Below, piece after piece: positions 1-10,405 of a stretch of DNA of 64,000 nucleotides (positions are counted from its first letter, which is position 1; the number at the start of each line of letters is the position of its first letter). The notes under the pieces are model-generated. The model did not search any database. It saw nothing but the letters and a program-made list of their open reading frames with translations, and had not been told where the DNA came from. The translations under genes were made by a program, and so were the position numbers. The stretch is from Acidimicrobiia bacterium (GTDB taxonomy: Bacteria > Actinomycetota > Acidimicrobiia > Spongiisociales > ZC4RG35), in assembly GCA_965215185.1 (NCBI GenBank), contig OZ244034.1, positions 3,040,001 through 3,104,000 of the forward strand. The letters run 5' to 3'.

Positions 1-1164
1 CGCGGCGATGCTCAAGGCCACTCCCAACCACCAGACGGGATCGTAGGACCCTGTCCGGTCATAGATGTAGCCGCCCAACCAGACGCCCAGGAAGCTCCCG
101 ACCTGGTGCGACACGAACACGACGCCGAAGAGTGTGGCCAGGTACCGGATGCCGAAGACCTGCCCGATTATCCCGGTCGTGAGCGGCACCGTGGACAGCC
201 AGAGAACCCCTATGACCCCCGCGAACAGGAAGACGGTCACCTCCGTCTTGGGCGCCAGCAGCATCAGCGAGATCACCACCGCCCGGAGGGAGTAGATGCC
301 GCTCAGGCCCCGCTTCTTGGACCAGCGCTGGCCGAAAGCTCCGCTGCCGAACGAACCGACGATGTTGAAGGCGCCGATCAACGCAATGGATATGGCACCG
401 ACCGACGGCGCCAGTCCGACGTCCTGCACGAAGGCCGGGAAGTGGACGGTGATGAACGCCACGTGAAAGCCGCACACGAAGAAACCGCTGGTGAGCAACA
501 CGAACCCGCGGTGGGTGCGCGCCTCGGTCAAGGCTTCGCCGAGGGTCTGGTCGGTGGTGCGCTCGCCACCGGCCGCCGTGCCGTTTGGCAGCGCGAAGGC
601 GAGAGGGATGATCACCAGCAGGATGGCCGCCAGGAGGACCAGGGCGGTGTACCAGCCGAACGCGGTGATGAATCCCTGACCTATGGGTGAGAACAGAACC
701 TGGCCGAGCGAACTGGCCGCCGTACCGAGTCCGAGTGCCAGCGAGCGCCGTTCGGGCCCCACCGCTCGGGCCATCGCCGCCAGGGCCAGCGAGAAGGCGG
801 TGAAGGCCACCCCGAGACCCACCACGACCCCGGCGGTCAGCTGTAGCATCGCACCGCTGCTGGACGCCGCCATACCCCATGTGCCGAGGGCGTACACGAC
901 CGTTCCGCCGGCCAGGACGTAGCGGGGGCCGTACCGGTCGGCGATCGCCCCGGCGACGGGCATCCCGATCCCCCACACGAGGTTCTGGATGGCGAGGGCA
1001 AGAGCGAAGGTCTCCCGGCTCCAGTCCTGGGCGACCGTCATCGGTGCCAGGAACAGTCCGAAGATCGAGCGCACCCCGAAGCCCACTGTGGCGATCAGAC
1101 AGCCGGCGACTATGACGATCACCGGCGTCCGCCAACGCTGCGGGCGCGTTCTCGAAACGGTCAT
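1..1164 (-). CDS. MFS transporter (3' end runs off the window)
   Basis: Manual translation from ATG at 1164: MTVSRTRPQRWRTPVIVIVAGCLIATVGFGVRSIFGLFLAPMT..., with many hydrophobic helices. Absent from the ORF track because it is truncated. Confidence 0.85.
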   Translation of the reverse strand, partial: MTVSRTRPQRWRTPVIVIVAGCLIATVGFGVRSIFGLFLAPMTVAQDWSRETFALALAIQNLVWGIGMPVAGAIADRYGPRYVLAGGTVVYALGTWGMAASSSGAMLQLTAGVVVGLGVAFTAFSLALAAMARAVGPERRSLALGLGTAASSLGQVLFSPIGQGFITAFGWYTALVLLAAILLVIIPLAFALPNGTAAGGERTTDQTLGEALTEARTHRGFVLLTSGFFVCGFHVAFITVHFPAFVQDVGLAPSVGAISIALIGAFNIVGSFGSGAFGQRWSKKRGLSGIYSLRAVVISLMLLAPKTEVTVFLFAGVIGVLWLSTVPLTTGIIGQVFGIRYLATLFGVVFVSHQVGSFLGVWLGGYIYDRTGSYDPVWWLGVALSIAA

Positions 1165-1678
1165 ACACTCTCTCGTCTGCCGGAAGGCCCCGTCGGAGCA
1201 GATCAGCGCAGGATGCTACTTCGCCATTGTGGCGGGGTCGGCGGCCGACGCTGTTGTTCACGACGGTTTGGCCGATATCGTCCCGGCGCTTGTGGGTGGA
1301 TGCAGGCAATTACACAATTTGCAGGCATTACTTTCGGATTGTGCAGATCCGGTATCGGGGCTGCTTCACACCGTAGGTTCGCCATCGGGATAGTGGCAAC
1401 GCTCAACGATCTGGCGCCGCGTGTGGCGACCGTCGTCGACGACTAACCCGGCTCTCGCATATTCAGCGTAGTTCTACGGACTCAAGAACCACTCGTCTTC
1501 CTCCAGGGTTGTTCGTGCCGAACACTTGTCACCTCGATTCTGCGACGGCGTGCCGGCATCGGCGGCTGCGGTGGACGAACACGTCTGCAATGTACATAAT
1601 CGATACGAACCGCTCCCTTCGAGTGGTCTGCTGTTAACGAGGAGGAGCTATGGCTCGATTCAGGGAACTCCTGATGGC

Positions 1679-2812
1679 ATGAGGGAAACTGCCGACGGCA
1701 GCGAGATCGGGGTCGCGATTGTTGGTGCCGGGTTTATGGGTGATACCCATGCGTATGGATATCGGCGGGTGCGTAGCCTGCGAGTCCCCCCGGCAGTCCT
1801 CCCCAACGTTCGCACGATTGTCGATATCGATGCGAGGGCGGCGCGGTCGTTGGCGGCGCGGTGGGGTGTGCCGGAGTGGTCAACGGATTGGGAGGGGGTG
1901 GTTGCGGACGACGGGATCGATTTGGTGGATGTCTGTACTACCCCCGATGTGCATCGGGAGATCGGTGTGGCTGCGGCCGGGGCGGGTAAGAGCGTCTACT
2001 GCGAGAAACCGGTCGGCCGGAACGTGGGGGAGACTGCGGCTTTGGCGGCTGCGATTCGGGATGGTGGTGGTTTCGGTTACGTGGGTTTCACGTATCGGTG
2101 GACACCGGCGGTTGTGCTGGCCAGGAGCCTCATCGCGGGGGGACGGATCGGTGAGATCCGTGAGATCCACTTCGGCTATCAGTCCTCGCCCTGGGCCGAC
2201 GAGGACCGTATCTGGACGTGGAGATTCGCAGCGGGTGTGGGTGGTGGGGGTGCGTTGGCTGATCAGGGGTCGCATGCGTTCGACATGGCCCGGTTCCTGG
2301 TGGGGGAGGTGTCCCGGGTTTCGGGTTACACGCGCATAGCCGTCCCGCTGCGGCCGGATCCTGAAGGGATGGTGCCTGGTGCTATGCGCGACGTCGAGAA
2401 CGACGACCAGTGGGCGGCGTTTGTGGAGTTCAGGAACGGGGCCTATGGGACTCTGCATGGAAGCCGGGTCGCTCACGGCACCGCGACCGAGTTCGGGTTC
2501 GAGGCCTACGGTGCGTTGGGGGCGCTTCGGTGGAACATTCAGAGGATGAACGAGTTGGAGATCTACGAGACCTGCGATGATGCTCTGGACGGTTTTCGTA
2601 CGGTCCGTATCGGTCCTGAGCATCCGATTCACGGCGACTACGTTCCCCGGCGGGGCCATTCGGTGGGTTTCAACGACTTGAAAGCGATTGAGATCGCTGG
2701 GTTGTTGACGGCGCTGGCTGAGGGGAGATCCCCGGAGCCGAGCATGGAGGATGCTCTCTCGGTTGCTCGGATCGTCGATGCTGTGCCACTGCGGCAATGG
2801 GTGGATCTGTAA
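1679..2812 (+). CDS. Gfo/Idh/MocA family oxidoreductase (copy 1)
   Basis: VAIVGAGFMG Rossmann motif, VYCEKP, GGGALADQGSHAFD. Start chosen by alignment with the paralog at 11215. Confidence 0.9.
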   Translation: MRETADGSEIGVAIVGAGFMGDTHAYGYRRVRSLRVPPAVLPNVRTIVDIDARAARSLAARWGVPEWSTDWEGVVADDGIDLVDVCTTPDVHREIGVAAAGAGKSVYCEKPVGRNVGETAALAAAIRDGGGFGYVGFTYRWTPAVVLARSLIAGGRIGEIREIHFGYQSSPWADEDRIWTWRFAAGVGGGGALADQGSHAFDMARFLVGEVSRVSGYTRIAVPLRPDPEGMVPGAMRDVENDDQWAAFVEFRNGAYGTLHGSRVAHGTATEFGFEAYGALGALRWNIQRMNELEIYETCDDALDGFRTVRIGPEHPIHGDYVPRRGHSVGFNDLKAIEIAGLLTALAEGRSPEPSMEDALSVARIVDAVPLRQWVDL

Positions 2813-3435
2813 ATGGACACCAGCTAGGGAGCGACGCTATGACAAGGTTATCCTCGATGGTCGGTTCAATGGCGGGGCCGGTTTCCCCTGACGACTTGGC
2901 AACTTTCCAACGGGCCGGTGTGGCGACGACGGTGGACGGAATCAATCGTCTTGGTTTCCCGGTGTGGGCTACTTCGGTTCGGCCTTTCGGTGCCGGCAAG
3001 GAGGCTATTGGTAGTGTCGGTAGGCCGGTGATGCGTGCTGGGGTCAACGTGTCACCTGGCGACGTTGTCGTTGTTGCAGCGGCCGCGCCGGTCCGCACCG
3101 AACGCGAGGTTGGTTTACGTTTGGCTGCCGAGGGCGGCACGATGCCGGGGAGGGTCGCGGGACATCTCGACGGTATCGACTTCGATACCGGCAGCGGGTA
3201 GCGGCCAGGAGGTTTCTCCGGCTCTTATTGCGAGCCCTTTCAGGGGCGACTGGGGTCGTTTTGGTCTATGGTTGATTCATCGGTTCGGCGATAAACGTCC
3301 GGACGGAGGAGGATGCTATGAAGAGGCAATCGCGTATCCGAGTGATCTTTGCGTTAGTTCTGGCTTTTGCTTTGGTGGCCGCCGCTTGCGGTGGCGACGA
3401 GGAGCCCGCTACGACCACGGCGGCACCAGCCCCGG
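1711..3435 (+). repeat. Segmental duplication, copy 1 (partner about 11247-13299)
   Basis: Long near-identical stretches covering the oxidoreductase, the RraA-like gene, intergenic DNA and the SBP signal peptide. Confidence 0.95.
2839..3201 (+). pseudogene. RraA/HMG-aldolase-like gene with two internal in-frame deletions
   Basis: Near-identical to 12375-13064 but lacks a 93-aa block (including GEM...DGSARD) and a 16-aa block (including ADGDG). Confidence 0.85.
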
Positions 3436-5039
3436 CACCTACTGAGGCTCCCGCATCCACTGAGGCGCCGGCATCCACTGAGGCGCCGGCATCCACTGAG
3501 GCGCCCGCATCCACGCCGGATACGACCACTGCGCCGACTCCTGCTCCTCCCGAAGCGCCGGTTCGGCTCCCACTGCTGACTGTGGCGGTTGGAATGGAGG
3601 ATTCGACACTCGCAAGCTGGTGGGGTTTTCAGCCTGAGCGCGGAATGGTGCTCAGACAGATTCATGAACCACTTGTCGATCGCGACCCCGTGACCAACGA
3701 GTTCATACCGATGCTGGCAACCGGTTGGGAACAGCTCGATGACGAAACGTGGGAATTCGAACTCCGACAGGGTGTCACTTTCCACGATGGTTCGCTGTTC
3801 GATGCTGAGGCGGCTGCCTTTGCCCTGAACTATCTCTTTTCCCCGGAAAACGAGTTGCAGAGCTGGCAGCGACACCGCACCGAGATCGAGGCGACCGTGA
3901 TCGGCGACTCCAAGATCCGGGTGACCACCGTCGGACTCGTGCCGTTGTTCCTCCAATGGATCTATGAGAACGGCATCCCATCGATGCGTCAGATCCTGGA
4001 AGAACCGGAGCTGTACGAGTCCGTACCGATCGGCACCGGGGCCTACAAGTTCGTGAAGTGGGAACGTGGTATTTCCATAGAGCTTGCAGCCAACGAGGAT
4101 TGGTGGGGGCCGAGCGCAGACGACTCCCCCGGTCAAATCAACTTCGACACCGTCATTGTCCTCATTCGTCCCGAGCCACGGACCAGGATCGCGGCGGTGG
4201 AGGCGGATGAGATGGATGTTGCCTGGGACGTGCCATTCGAGGAGTGCCAAGCGCAGCTCGGAGCGAGTTGCATCACCGCTCCCGGGGACAACGTGGTCAA
4301 CGTGCGGTTCGACTCGCAACATCCTGTGATGTCTGATCCTCGCATCAAGGAAGCGATGGCACTCGCGCTTGATAAGGAGGCAATCGGTCTGCGCCTGTGG
4401 GGGTCTCCACCCATCGGTTCGATGGACGTGCCCGGTGCCTTCGGCTATAACCCGGATCTGGAACCCTGGCCCTACGACCCGGAGAGGGCCAAGGCTCTCG
4501 TCGAGGAGGCGCGCGCAGATGGGGTTCCGGTTGATATGGAACTGCGTGTGAGCGGCCGCGCGGCCTTTTTCGCCTCGGTAGAGGAACTCACCGAAATCGT
4601 CCACTTCAGTCTGCAGGAGATCGGCCTGAACGTGGCGTTCGAGATGCTGGAGACGCCCGAGCATGTCCCGCTCTTCATCGAGCGGGCTGAGAACCTGTCA
4701 CCGGAGCGCAACTATCTCTTCGTCTCGAGACGGGGCGGCGGAGGTGCGTTCGACTCGAGAAAGTTTGCCGATACCTGGTATCTGTCCACAGGGTGTTGTG
4801 GCGTCGAGCCACATGCGGACGTTGACCAGATCATCCAGACAATCAACGACTCTCGTGATCGCGCCGAGCAGGATCGGCTGCTCCAGGAGCTTCACCGGAT
4901 GTTCCGATACGACATGGAGAAGGTCTTCTACATTCCGATCACCCAACTCAGCAAGTTCCACGGGGTCGCTGCGCATCTCGAGTGGACCCCTCGGCCGGAC
5001 AGCCAGATGCTTTTCCGGGAGATCGTTGTCCGCCCGTAG
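3318..5039 (+). CDS. ABC transporter substrate-binding lipoprotein, family 5 (Dpp/Opp-like)
   Basis: Lipobox AAC, TEAPAS repeats, LRQGVTFHDGS motif, PIGTGAYKF. Confidence 0.9.
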   Translation: MKRQSRIRVIFALVLAFALVAAACGGDEEPATTTAAPAPAPTEAPASTEAPASTEAPASTEAPASTPDTTTAPTPAPPEAPVRLPLLTVAVGMEDSTLASWWGFQPERGMVLRQIHEPLVDRDPVTNEFIPMLATGWEQLDDETWEFELRQGVTFHDGSLFDAEAAAFALNYLFSPENELQSWQRHRTEIEATVIGDSKIRVTTVGLVPLFLQWIYENGIPSMRQILEEPELYESVPIGTGAYKFVKWERGISIELAANEDWWGPSADDSPGQINFDTVIVLIRPEPRTRIAAVEADEMDVAWDVPFEECQAQLGASCITAPGDNVVNVRFDSQHPVMSDPRIKEAMALALDKEAIGLRLWGSPPIGSMDVPGAFGYNPDLEPWPYDPERAKALVEEARADGVPVDMELRVSGRAAFFASVEELTEIVHFSLQEIGLNVAFEMLETPEHVPLFIERAENLSPERNYLFVSRRGGGGAFDSRKFADTWYLSTGCCGVEPHADVDQIIQTINDSRDRAEQDRLLQELHRMFRYDMEKVFYIPITQLSKFHGVAAHLEWTPRPDSQMLFREIVVRP

Positions 5040-5296
5040 TAGAACTGAGAGAAGTGGTTGGTGCTCTCGGTCGACGAGTTGACCCTGGTACCCGGCGGTC
5101 GTAACGGCCGACGCTCTCAGCGAAAGGAGTGTCGGTCGGTGACGAGAGCCGACCCGAAAGGGGAACGGTCGCATCGTGGCAGCAACAGGCATGTTGACGG
5201 CGTGTCCCCCGGCCGGTCGGTGCGACGGTGCCACTGTGGGCTGCCAGTCCGAAGTGATCCGCTCTGGTGGTACGCCTGCTTAGCTGATCGCTAGAA

Positions 5297-6214
5297 GTGG
5301 CTTGGCTCCGCCCATTCGGCCGGCGGACGCTCCAGTCCGGGGTGGGTCTCCTCTTCCTCATTCTCTTTGTCTTCGTTGTAGGCAGACTGCTTGGAGATCC
5401 CGTAGATCTCATTCTCCCCGAAGTAGCGCCGCAGGAGTCTCGAGATGCCCTGAGGGCGAGCCTGGGTCTTGACAAACCGATCTACGAGCAGGTGTGGGAG
5501 TACGCAGGGAGGCTGGCTCGCGGCGAGTTCGGCGATTCCTACTGGCAGAAACGGCCCGCCAGTGAGGTCATCCTGGAGCGCGTGCCGAGAACGCTTTACC
5601 TTGCAGGCGTGTCAGTTGCGTTGGCCGGAATCGGAGGGATCGGTTTGGGCCTCGTCGCCGCAGTGCGCCCTAATACGTGGCTTGACAAGTTGATCCGTTT
5701 GTGGAGTGTCGCTGGTATTTCGATTGTGGGTTTCTGGCTGGGATTGATGTTGATCCTGGTGTTGAGCGTAGAGTTGAGGCTCTTTCCGACAGGTGGCTAT
5801 GGGGGGTTACATCACGTTGTCTTGCCCGCAGTGACGTTGGCTTTTCGATCTGCGGGACAGGTTGCACAAATGACCCGAGTGACGGTGCTCGGTGAGTACA
5901 CAAAGCCATACATTGCAGCGATGCGCTTGCGCGGTTACTCGGAAGCCCGAATCCTTGGACACGCGCTCCGCAATGCCGCGGCCCCGGTGATAACCATCTG
6001 GGGCGACGAGGCGGCCAATCAGGCGAACGGTGCCGTGGTGGTCGAGGCGGTATTTGCCTGGCCAGGTCTCGGTCTCTTGGTGATTCAGGCTCTGACCCAG
6101 CGGGATCTCGTATTGGTTGAAGCCGGCGTCTTCACGATGGGGCTCATCATCGTCCTGGTGAACGCATTGGTCGATGCCCTTTACGGTCGCCTGAACCCCC
6201 GGCTTAGAACGTGA
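5297..6214 (+). CDS. Dpp/Opp ABC permease (DppB-like)
   Basis: LGLDKP..Q, GEFGDS, VVEAVFAWPGLG. Confidence 0.9.
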   Translation: MAWLRPFGRRTLQSGVGLLFLILFVFVVGRLLGDPVDLILPEVAPQESRDALRASLGLDKPIYEQVWEYAGRLARGEFGDSYWQKRPASEVILERVPRTLYLAGVSVALAGIGGIGLGLVAAVRPNTWLDKLIRLWSVAGISIVGFWLGLMLILVLSVELRLFPTGGYGGLHHVVLPAVTLAFRSAGQVAQMTRVTVLGEYTKPYIAAMRLRGYSEARILGHALRNAAAPVITIWGDEAANQANGAVVVEAVFAWPGLGLLVIQALTQRDLVLVEAGVFTMGLIIVLVNALVDALYGRLNPRLRT

Positions 6215-6224
6215 GAGGGAAGGT

Positions 6225-7136
6225 GTGAACGAGAGGCCGCTCGTCGAGGGGCGGTGGGTAGTCCGGGCTCTCAGGATGATCCCGAAACTGGATTGGATCC
6301 TGCTTGCGGCAGGTATATGGATGACCCTTGTGTTGGTGGCCACCTTGGTCGGCGAGTGGATCGCGCCGTACGACCATGCACAACAGAGCATTATGGTACG
6401 AAACCTCCCTCCAGGATCGCCGGATGGCCAGGGAGGTACCCACGTATTGGGAACGGATCTGCTGGGTCGTGATCTCTTGAGTCGGATAATCGCGGGAGCG
6501 AGGGTTTCTATGGTGGTCGGGATCCTCGGCGTTGGGACGGCGGCCTTCGTGGGTACCCTACTGGGAACCTTGGCAGGCTACGCACGAGGGCGAACCGAGG
6601 CAATTGTCATGCGTATTGTGGACATACAGATGGCAATTCCCTTTCTCTTATTGGCGCTCGTATTCCTTTTTCTGTTCGGGCGTAGTTTTCTCAATGTGGT
6701 GGGGATCCTGGCTCTGTTGAGATGGCCGGTATTCGCCAGGACGGCGAGAAGTCTTGCCCTGAACCTGAGGACCACGGAATTCGTGGAGGCTGCAGGAATG
6801 CTTGGCTACTCGCACGCGCGAATCCTCGCAAAGCATATGTGGCCGAATATGGCGTCACCTCTCATTGTGCTCGCAACGCTGGAGATGGCCCGCCTGATCA
6901 TCGCAGAGGCGACGCTCAGCTTCCTCGGGATGGGGGTGCAGCCTCCGCACACGTCTTGGGGTCGGATGATTGCACAAGGCCGTAACAACATCTCATCGGC
7001 ATCGTGGAACGTTGTGTATCCGGGTCTGGCGATCTTGTTCACCGCCGGGAGTACCAACATGCTGGCGAACTGGCTAAGAGAGATCACCGATCCGCTGAGA
7101 AAGCGGAGCCGTCAGGACTCACGGCGCGGCAATTAG
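6225..7136 (+). CDS. Dpp/Opp ABC permease (DppC-like)
   Basis: LGTDLLGRDLLSR, EAA motif, EATLSFLGMG. Confidence 0.9.
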   Translation: MNERPLVEGRWVVRALRMIPKLDWILLAAGIWMTLVLVATLVGEWIAPYDHAQQSIMVRNLPPGSPDGQGGTHVLGTDLLGRDLLSRIIAGARVSMVVGILGVGTAAFVGTLLGTLAGYARGRTEAIVMRIVDIQMAIPFLLLALVFLFLFGRSFLNVVGILALLRWPVFARTARSLALNLRTTEFVEAAGMLGYSHARILAKHMWPNMASPLIVLATLEMARLIIAEATLSFLGMGVQPPHTSWGRMIAQGRNNISSASWNVVYPGLAILFTAGSTNMLANWLREITDPLRKRSRQDSRRGN

Positions 7137-7137
7137 T

Positions 7138-8211
7138 GTGAAGCGAATGCGAGCAGGAGACCAGGGCACCGGAGGGGCAGGCGGCGCGGCATCGAGAGGC
7201 GAGTTGCAGGCGCGTGAGCGGGCTACTGGATCTGCAACGGTGGAGATTCGAGACCTGACCGTTTTCTACCGCACCGGTCGGGAAAGGGTGTTAGCCGTCG
7301 ATTCGGTGAATCTCGATCTCGTGCAAGGCGAGACATTGGCCCTGGTCGGCGAGTCGGGCTGCGGAAAGACCACGCTCGCAGCCACCATTGCCGGCGCGCT
7401 GCCGGAGACGACGGCGGAGGTGAGCGTCGGCATGTTTCGCATGGCCGGTATCGATTTCGGTGCAGATACGGGTCTGAGCCATCCGATGCGGCGGGATGCA
7501 CGAATCGCGCTCATCTCGCAGGATGCAATGGGGTCGCTCGATCCGTGCTTCTCGATAGGGACCCAACTGTCCGAGACCTATAGGTTGTGGCACGACGTGA
7601 CGAGGCGCGAAGCTCGATCCCGAGCTGTGGAGTACCTCGACTACGTCGGCCTTCCGGATGGCCCGCGGCTCCGGAAACATTTCCCGCATCAGTTGTCGGG
7701 AGGTATGCGACAGAGAGTGGCCATTGCGCTGTCTCTGATGATGGACCCGACGGTACTGGTAGCCGACGAGGCGACCACTGCCCTGGATGTGACGATTCAG
7801 TCCGAGATCGTTGATCTGCTCCTGTCGATTCAGGAGGAAACGGGAATGGCGATTCTCTTCATCACTCACGATCTCGCGCTGGCGGGCGAGGTGGCGGACC
7901 GAATAGCGGTCATGTACGCGGCCCGCATCGTCGAGCGTGGTACCGCTGACGAGGTCATGCACGAGAAGGCACACCCCTACACCCGCGCTCTGATGGGTCT
8001 GATACCGAGAGGTCCGGTCGACTCACATCCGCTGACGTCTATTCCCGGCGCTCCTCCACTGCTGACGGATCGCTCGGACAAGTGCCGGTTCGTAGAGCGA
8101 TGCGCAATGGCGATGGACATATGCCGGAGCCGGCAGCCGGGCCCCACTCGTTTGTCCGACGGGCAGATCGTGGAGTGCCATCTCTACGGCGAAAATGAGA
8201 GCGCAGGATAG
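7138..8211 (+). CDS. Dpp/Opp ABC ATP-binding protein (DppD-like)
   Basis: GESGCGKT, LSGGMRQR, HPYT, Cys-rich C-terminus. Confidence 0.9.
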   Translation: MKRMRAGDQGTGGAGGAASRGELQARERATGSATVEIRDLTVFYRTGRERVLAVDSVNLDLVQGETLALVGESGCGKTTLAATIAGALPETTAEVSVGMFRMAGIDFGADTGLSHPMRRDARIALISQDAMGSLDPCFSIGTQLSETYRLWHDVTRREARSRAVEYLDYVGLPDGPRLRKHFPHQLSGGMRQRVAIALSLMMDPTVLVADEATTALDVTIQSEIVDLLLSIQEETGMAILFITHDLALAGEVADRIAVMYAARIVERGTADEVMHEKAHPYTRALMGLIPRGPVDSHPLTSIPGAPPLLTDRSDKCRFVERCAMAMDICRSRQPGPTRLSDGQIVECHLYGENESAG

Positions 8212-9271
8212 GCAGTTGGTGATGGCCCAGACCTCGCGATCGCCGATTCTTCAAGTGCGGAGCGCAAGCAAGGCCTTTGCGGCGCGTGGGAAGGGAGGGC
8301 GTCGCGTACTACAAAAGGCTGTTGATGGAGCTTCCGTCACGTTGGACGAAGGCAACACCCTGGGCATAGTCGGTGAATCGGGATCGGGCAAGACGACGCT
8401 CGGAAGGATGATCGCCGGTTTGGAGAGGCCGGACGAGGGGGAAATCCTCATTGGCGGTGAGCGGGTCGAGAACCTGGCGCAGAAGCGGAACAGTCGCGTG
8501 CTCAGCACGCTCGTGCAGATGATCTTTCAGGATTCGTCTTCGGCCCTCAACCCCAGGATGACCGTGGGGGCAATTCTCCAAGAGGTGCTCTACGTCCATC
8601 ACGGTCGGGTAGGCGTCGGGCGGCGTCGGGACGGCGTGGGTGAGCTCCTCGACAAGGTGGGGTTGCCCGAGGGAATCATCGAGAGGTACGCGTGGGAGCT
8701 GTCGGGAGGCCAACTACAACGTGTGTGCATTGCGAGGGCCTTGGCGGTCAATGCCAAGATCCTGGTCTGCGATGAGCCGGTATCGGCATTGGACGTATCC
8801 ATACAGGCCCAGGTCCTCAACTTGCTCGTGTCTCTTCAGGCAGAGACGGGGATGGCGCTCGTGTTCATCAGCCATGACATTGGCGTGATTCAGTATGTGA
8901 GTCAACGGATAGCGGTGATGTATGCAGGGAGAATCATCGAGGAAGGCCCGACCGTGGAAGTCGTGCGGCGTCCGGTACATCCCTACACGCAAGTTCTACT
9001 GAGAGCCGTGCCGAAGGGTCTGGAGGGGCGGCGACCCAGGGCGATGCGCTCCGGAATGAAGATCCAACGCATGATTGCGGGAACGACCGCCGACTGGTCG
9101 GGTTGCGCTTACCGCGGGAGATGCGATCGCGCGACAGAGATATGTGCACAGGAAGTGCCGCCCTGGGTTTCCGTGAATAATGGGAGGCGTGCATTCTGTC
9201 ATCATCCCGGAGAGGCCCGTCGCCCACGGCTTCCTCTCGGCGAACAAGAGGACACCCGAGGGCAGGGGTAG
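8195..9271 (+). CDS. Dpp/Opp ABC ATP-binding protein (DppF-like)
   Basis: GESGSGKT, LSGGQLQR, DEPVSALDVS, HPYT. Confidence 0.9.
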   Translation: MRAQDRQLVMAQTSRSPILQVRSASKAFAARGKGGRRVLQKAVDGASVTLDEGNTLGIVGESGSGKTTLGRMIAGLERPDEGEILIGGERVENLAQKRNSRVLSTLVQMIFQDSSSALNPRMTVGAILQEVLYVHHGRVGVGRRRDGVGELLDKVGLPEGIIERYAWELSGGQLQRVCIARALAVNAKILVCDEPVSALDVSIQAQVLNLLVSLQAETGMALVFISHDIGVIQYVSQRIAVMYAGRIIEEGPTVEVVRRPVHPYTQVLLRAVPKGLEGRRPRAMRSGMKIQRMIAGTTADWSGCAYRGRCDRATEICAQEVPPWVSVNNGRRAFCHHPGEARRPRLPLGEQEDTRGQG

Positions 9272-9388
9272 CGCCAAGCGTCAGAAGAGCGGCTAGGGCT
9301 CGCACCTATCTGCCGGCTGCTGTCGAGCGTCGGAGGGCTTGGGGGCCACTCGTCGAGACGGGATGGGCCGGCACGACCGGCAACGAGA

Positions 9389-10324
9389 CTAGAAGACGGC
9401 GAGGGGAGTCACAGGAGACCCTGTTCCGTACCGGATACGGAGCGGAGCTATCAAAAAGAGGAAGCTCCAACGTCCCCGATCGAGGCAGGCTGTTCTCAGC
9501 TCGCTGAAACTGCAAACGTCTACGAGACACAAGCCCATCGCGACGCTCCCGACCTCGTGGATGGGCTGCTCCACCGCTGCATACCCGGACGGAACGACAT
9601 CATTCGCGGCATCTGCGGCGACCACGGCCACTTGCCGGTCGCGCAGCCAGGGCAGGCAGGCTGCGTGGAGTCCGGGACGGAGCAGCGGCTCCGAGTGCGG
9701 TCCTTCGGCGATGCGCCGCTCCCACCATCCCGTACGCACCAGGAGCGCATCACCCTCCTCGACGCGCACACCCTGCGCTTTCTCCGCCTCCTCCAGCATC
9801 GACGGAAGGACGGCATCGCCGGCATCCAGCCAGTCCTTCCCCGCGAGTCCTGCGATGTCGAGCAGAACGCCCCGGGTGATGATCCCCTCGCGGAGAGCGT
9901 CTATCGACAACTCTGTGGCGCCTTGCTCGGTGGTGACGACGGCCGCGTCGCGCCCGTTGTAGATCCGTCCCCTCCAGATGGAATGGCTCAGCGCGTCGAT
10001 GTGGGTGACAACGTGGGAATGGAAGACCAGCCCCACAAAATCGACTGCTCCTGGCCTTTCCGGGTTGACGCTCTCGCCGCTGCGGATCATGAAATGTAGC
10101 GGCGGGTATGGCACATCCGGGGCGGCTCCCTGTCCTCCGATGAGCGTGGCGCAGGAGACAGCCATGCCTTCGCGGACGGATTGCAGAGCCGAAAGTCGTT
10201 TCTCAGGACTGATGAAGTTCAACGTGCCGCGCTCGTCGTCTCGCCCCCAGCGTCCCTCATTGCTCAATGTATCGAAGTAGTCGAGAACATCCGCTTCTGT
10301 GGGAATCGCTCGAGAGGTCGGCAT
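9389..10324 (-). CDS. Cyclase / kynurenine formamidase-like metal hydrolase
   Basis: NxGRWGxDDERGTLN, HxxxxTHIDALSH, GDALLVRTG, GTGSPVTP. Confidence 0.85.
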   Translation of the reverse strand: MPTSRAIPTEADVLDYFDTLSNEGRWGRDDERGTLNFISPEKRLSALQSVREGMAVSCATLIGGQGAAPDVPYPPLHFMIRSGESVNPERPGAVDFVGLVFHSHVVTHIDALSHSIWRGRIYNGRDAAVVTTEQGATELSIDALREGIITRGVLLDIAGLAGKDWLDAGDAVLPSMLEEAEKAQGVRVEEGDALLVRTGWWERRIAEGPHSEPLLRPGLHAACLPWLRDRQVAVVAADAANDVVPSGYAAVEQPIHEVGSVAMGLCLVDVCSFSELRTACLDRGRWSFLFLIAPLRIRYGTGSPVTPLAVF

Positions 10325-10405
10325 GGGCTTCTTCGCAGACTGTTGGATTACTTGTGGCGTGCCAGAAGTGAATATAGTTGACTCTGTGCGGGGAGGGCGG
10401 CGGAG

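Noticed and set aside
59-1309. 416-aa minus-strand ORF in the track
   Set aside because: Arg/Gly-rich off-frame shadow of the real MFS gene.
3441-3512. 18-bp tandem repeat
   Set aside because: It encodes the TEAPAS linker of the SBP; it is not CRISPR or an independent element.
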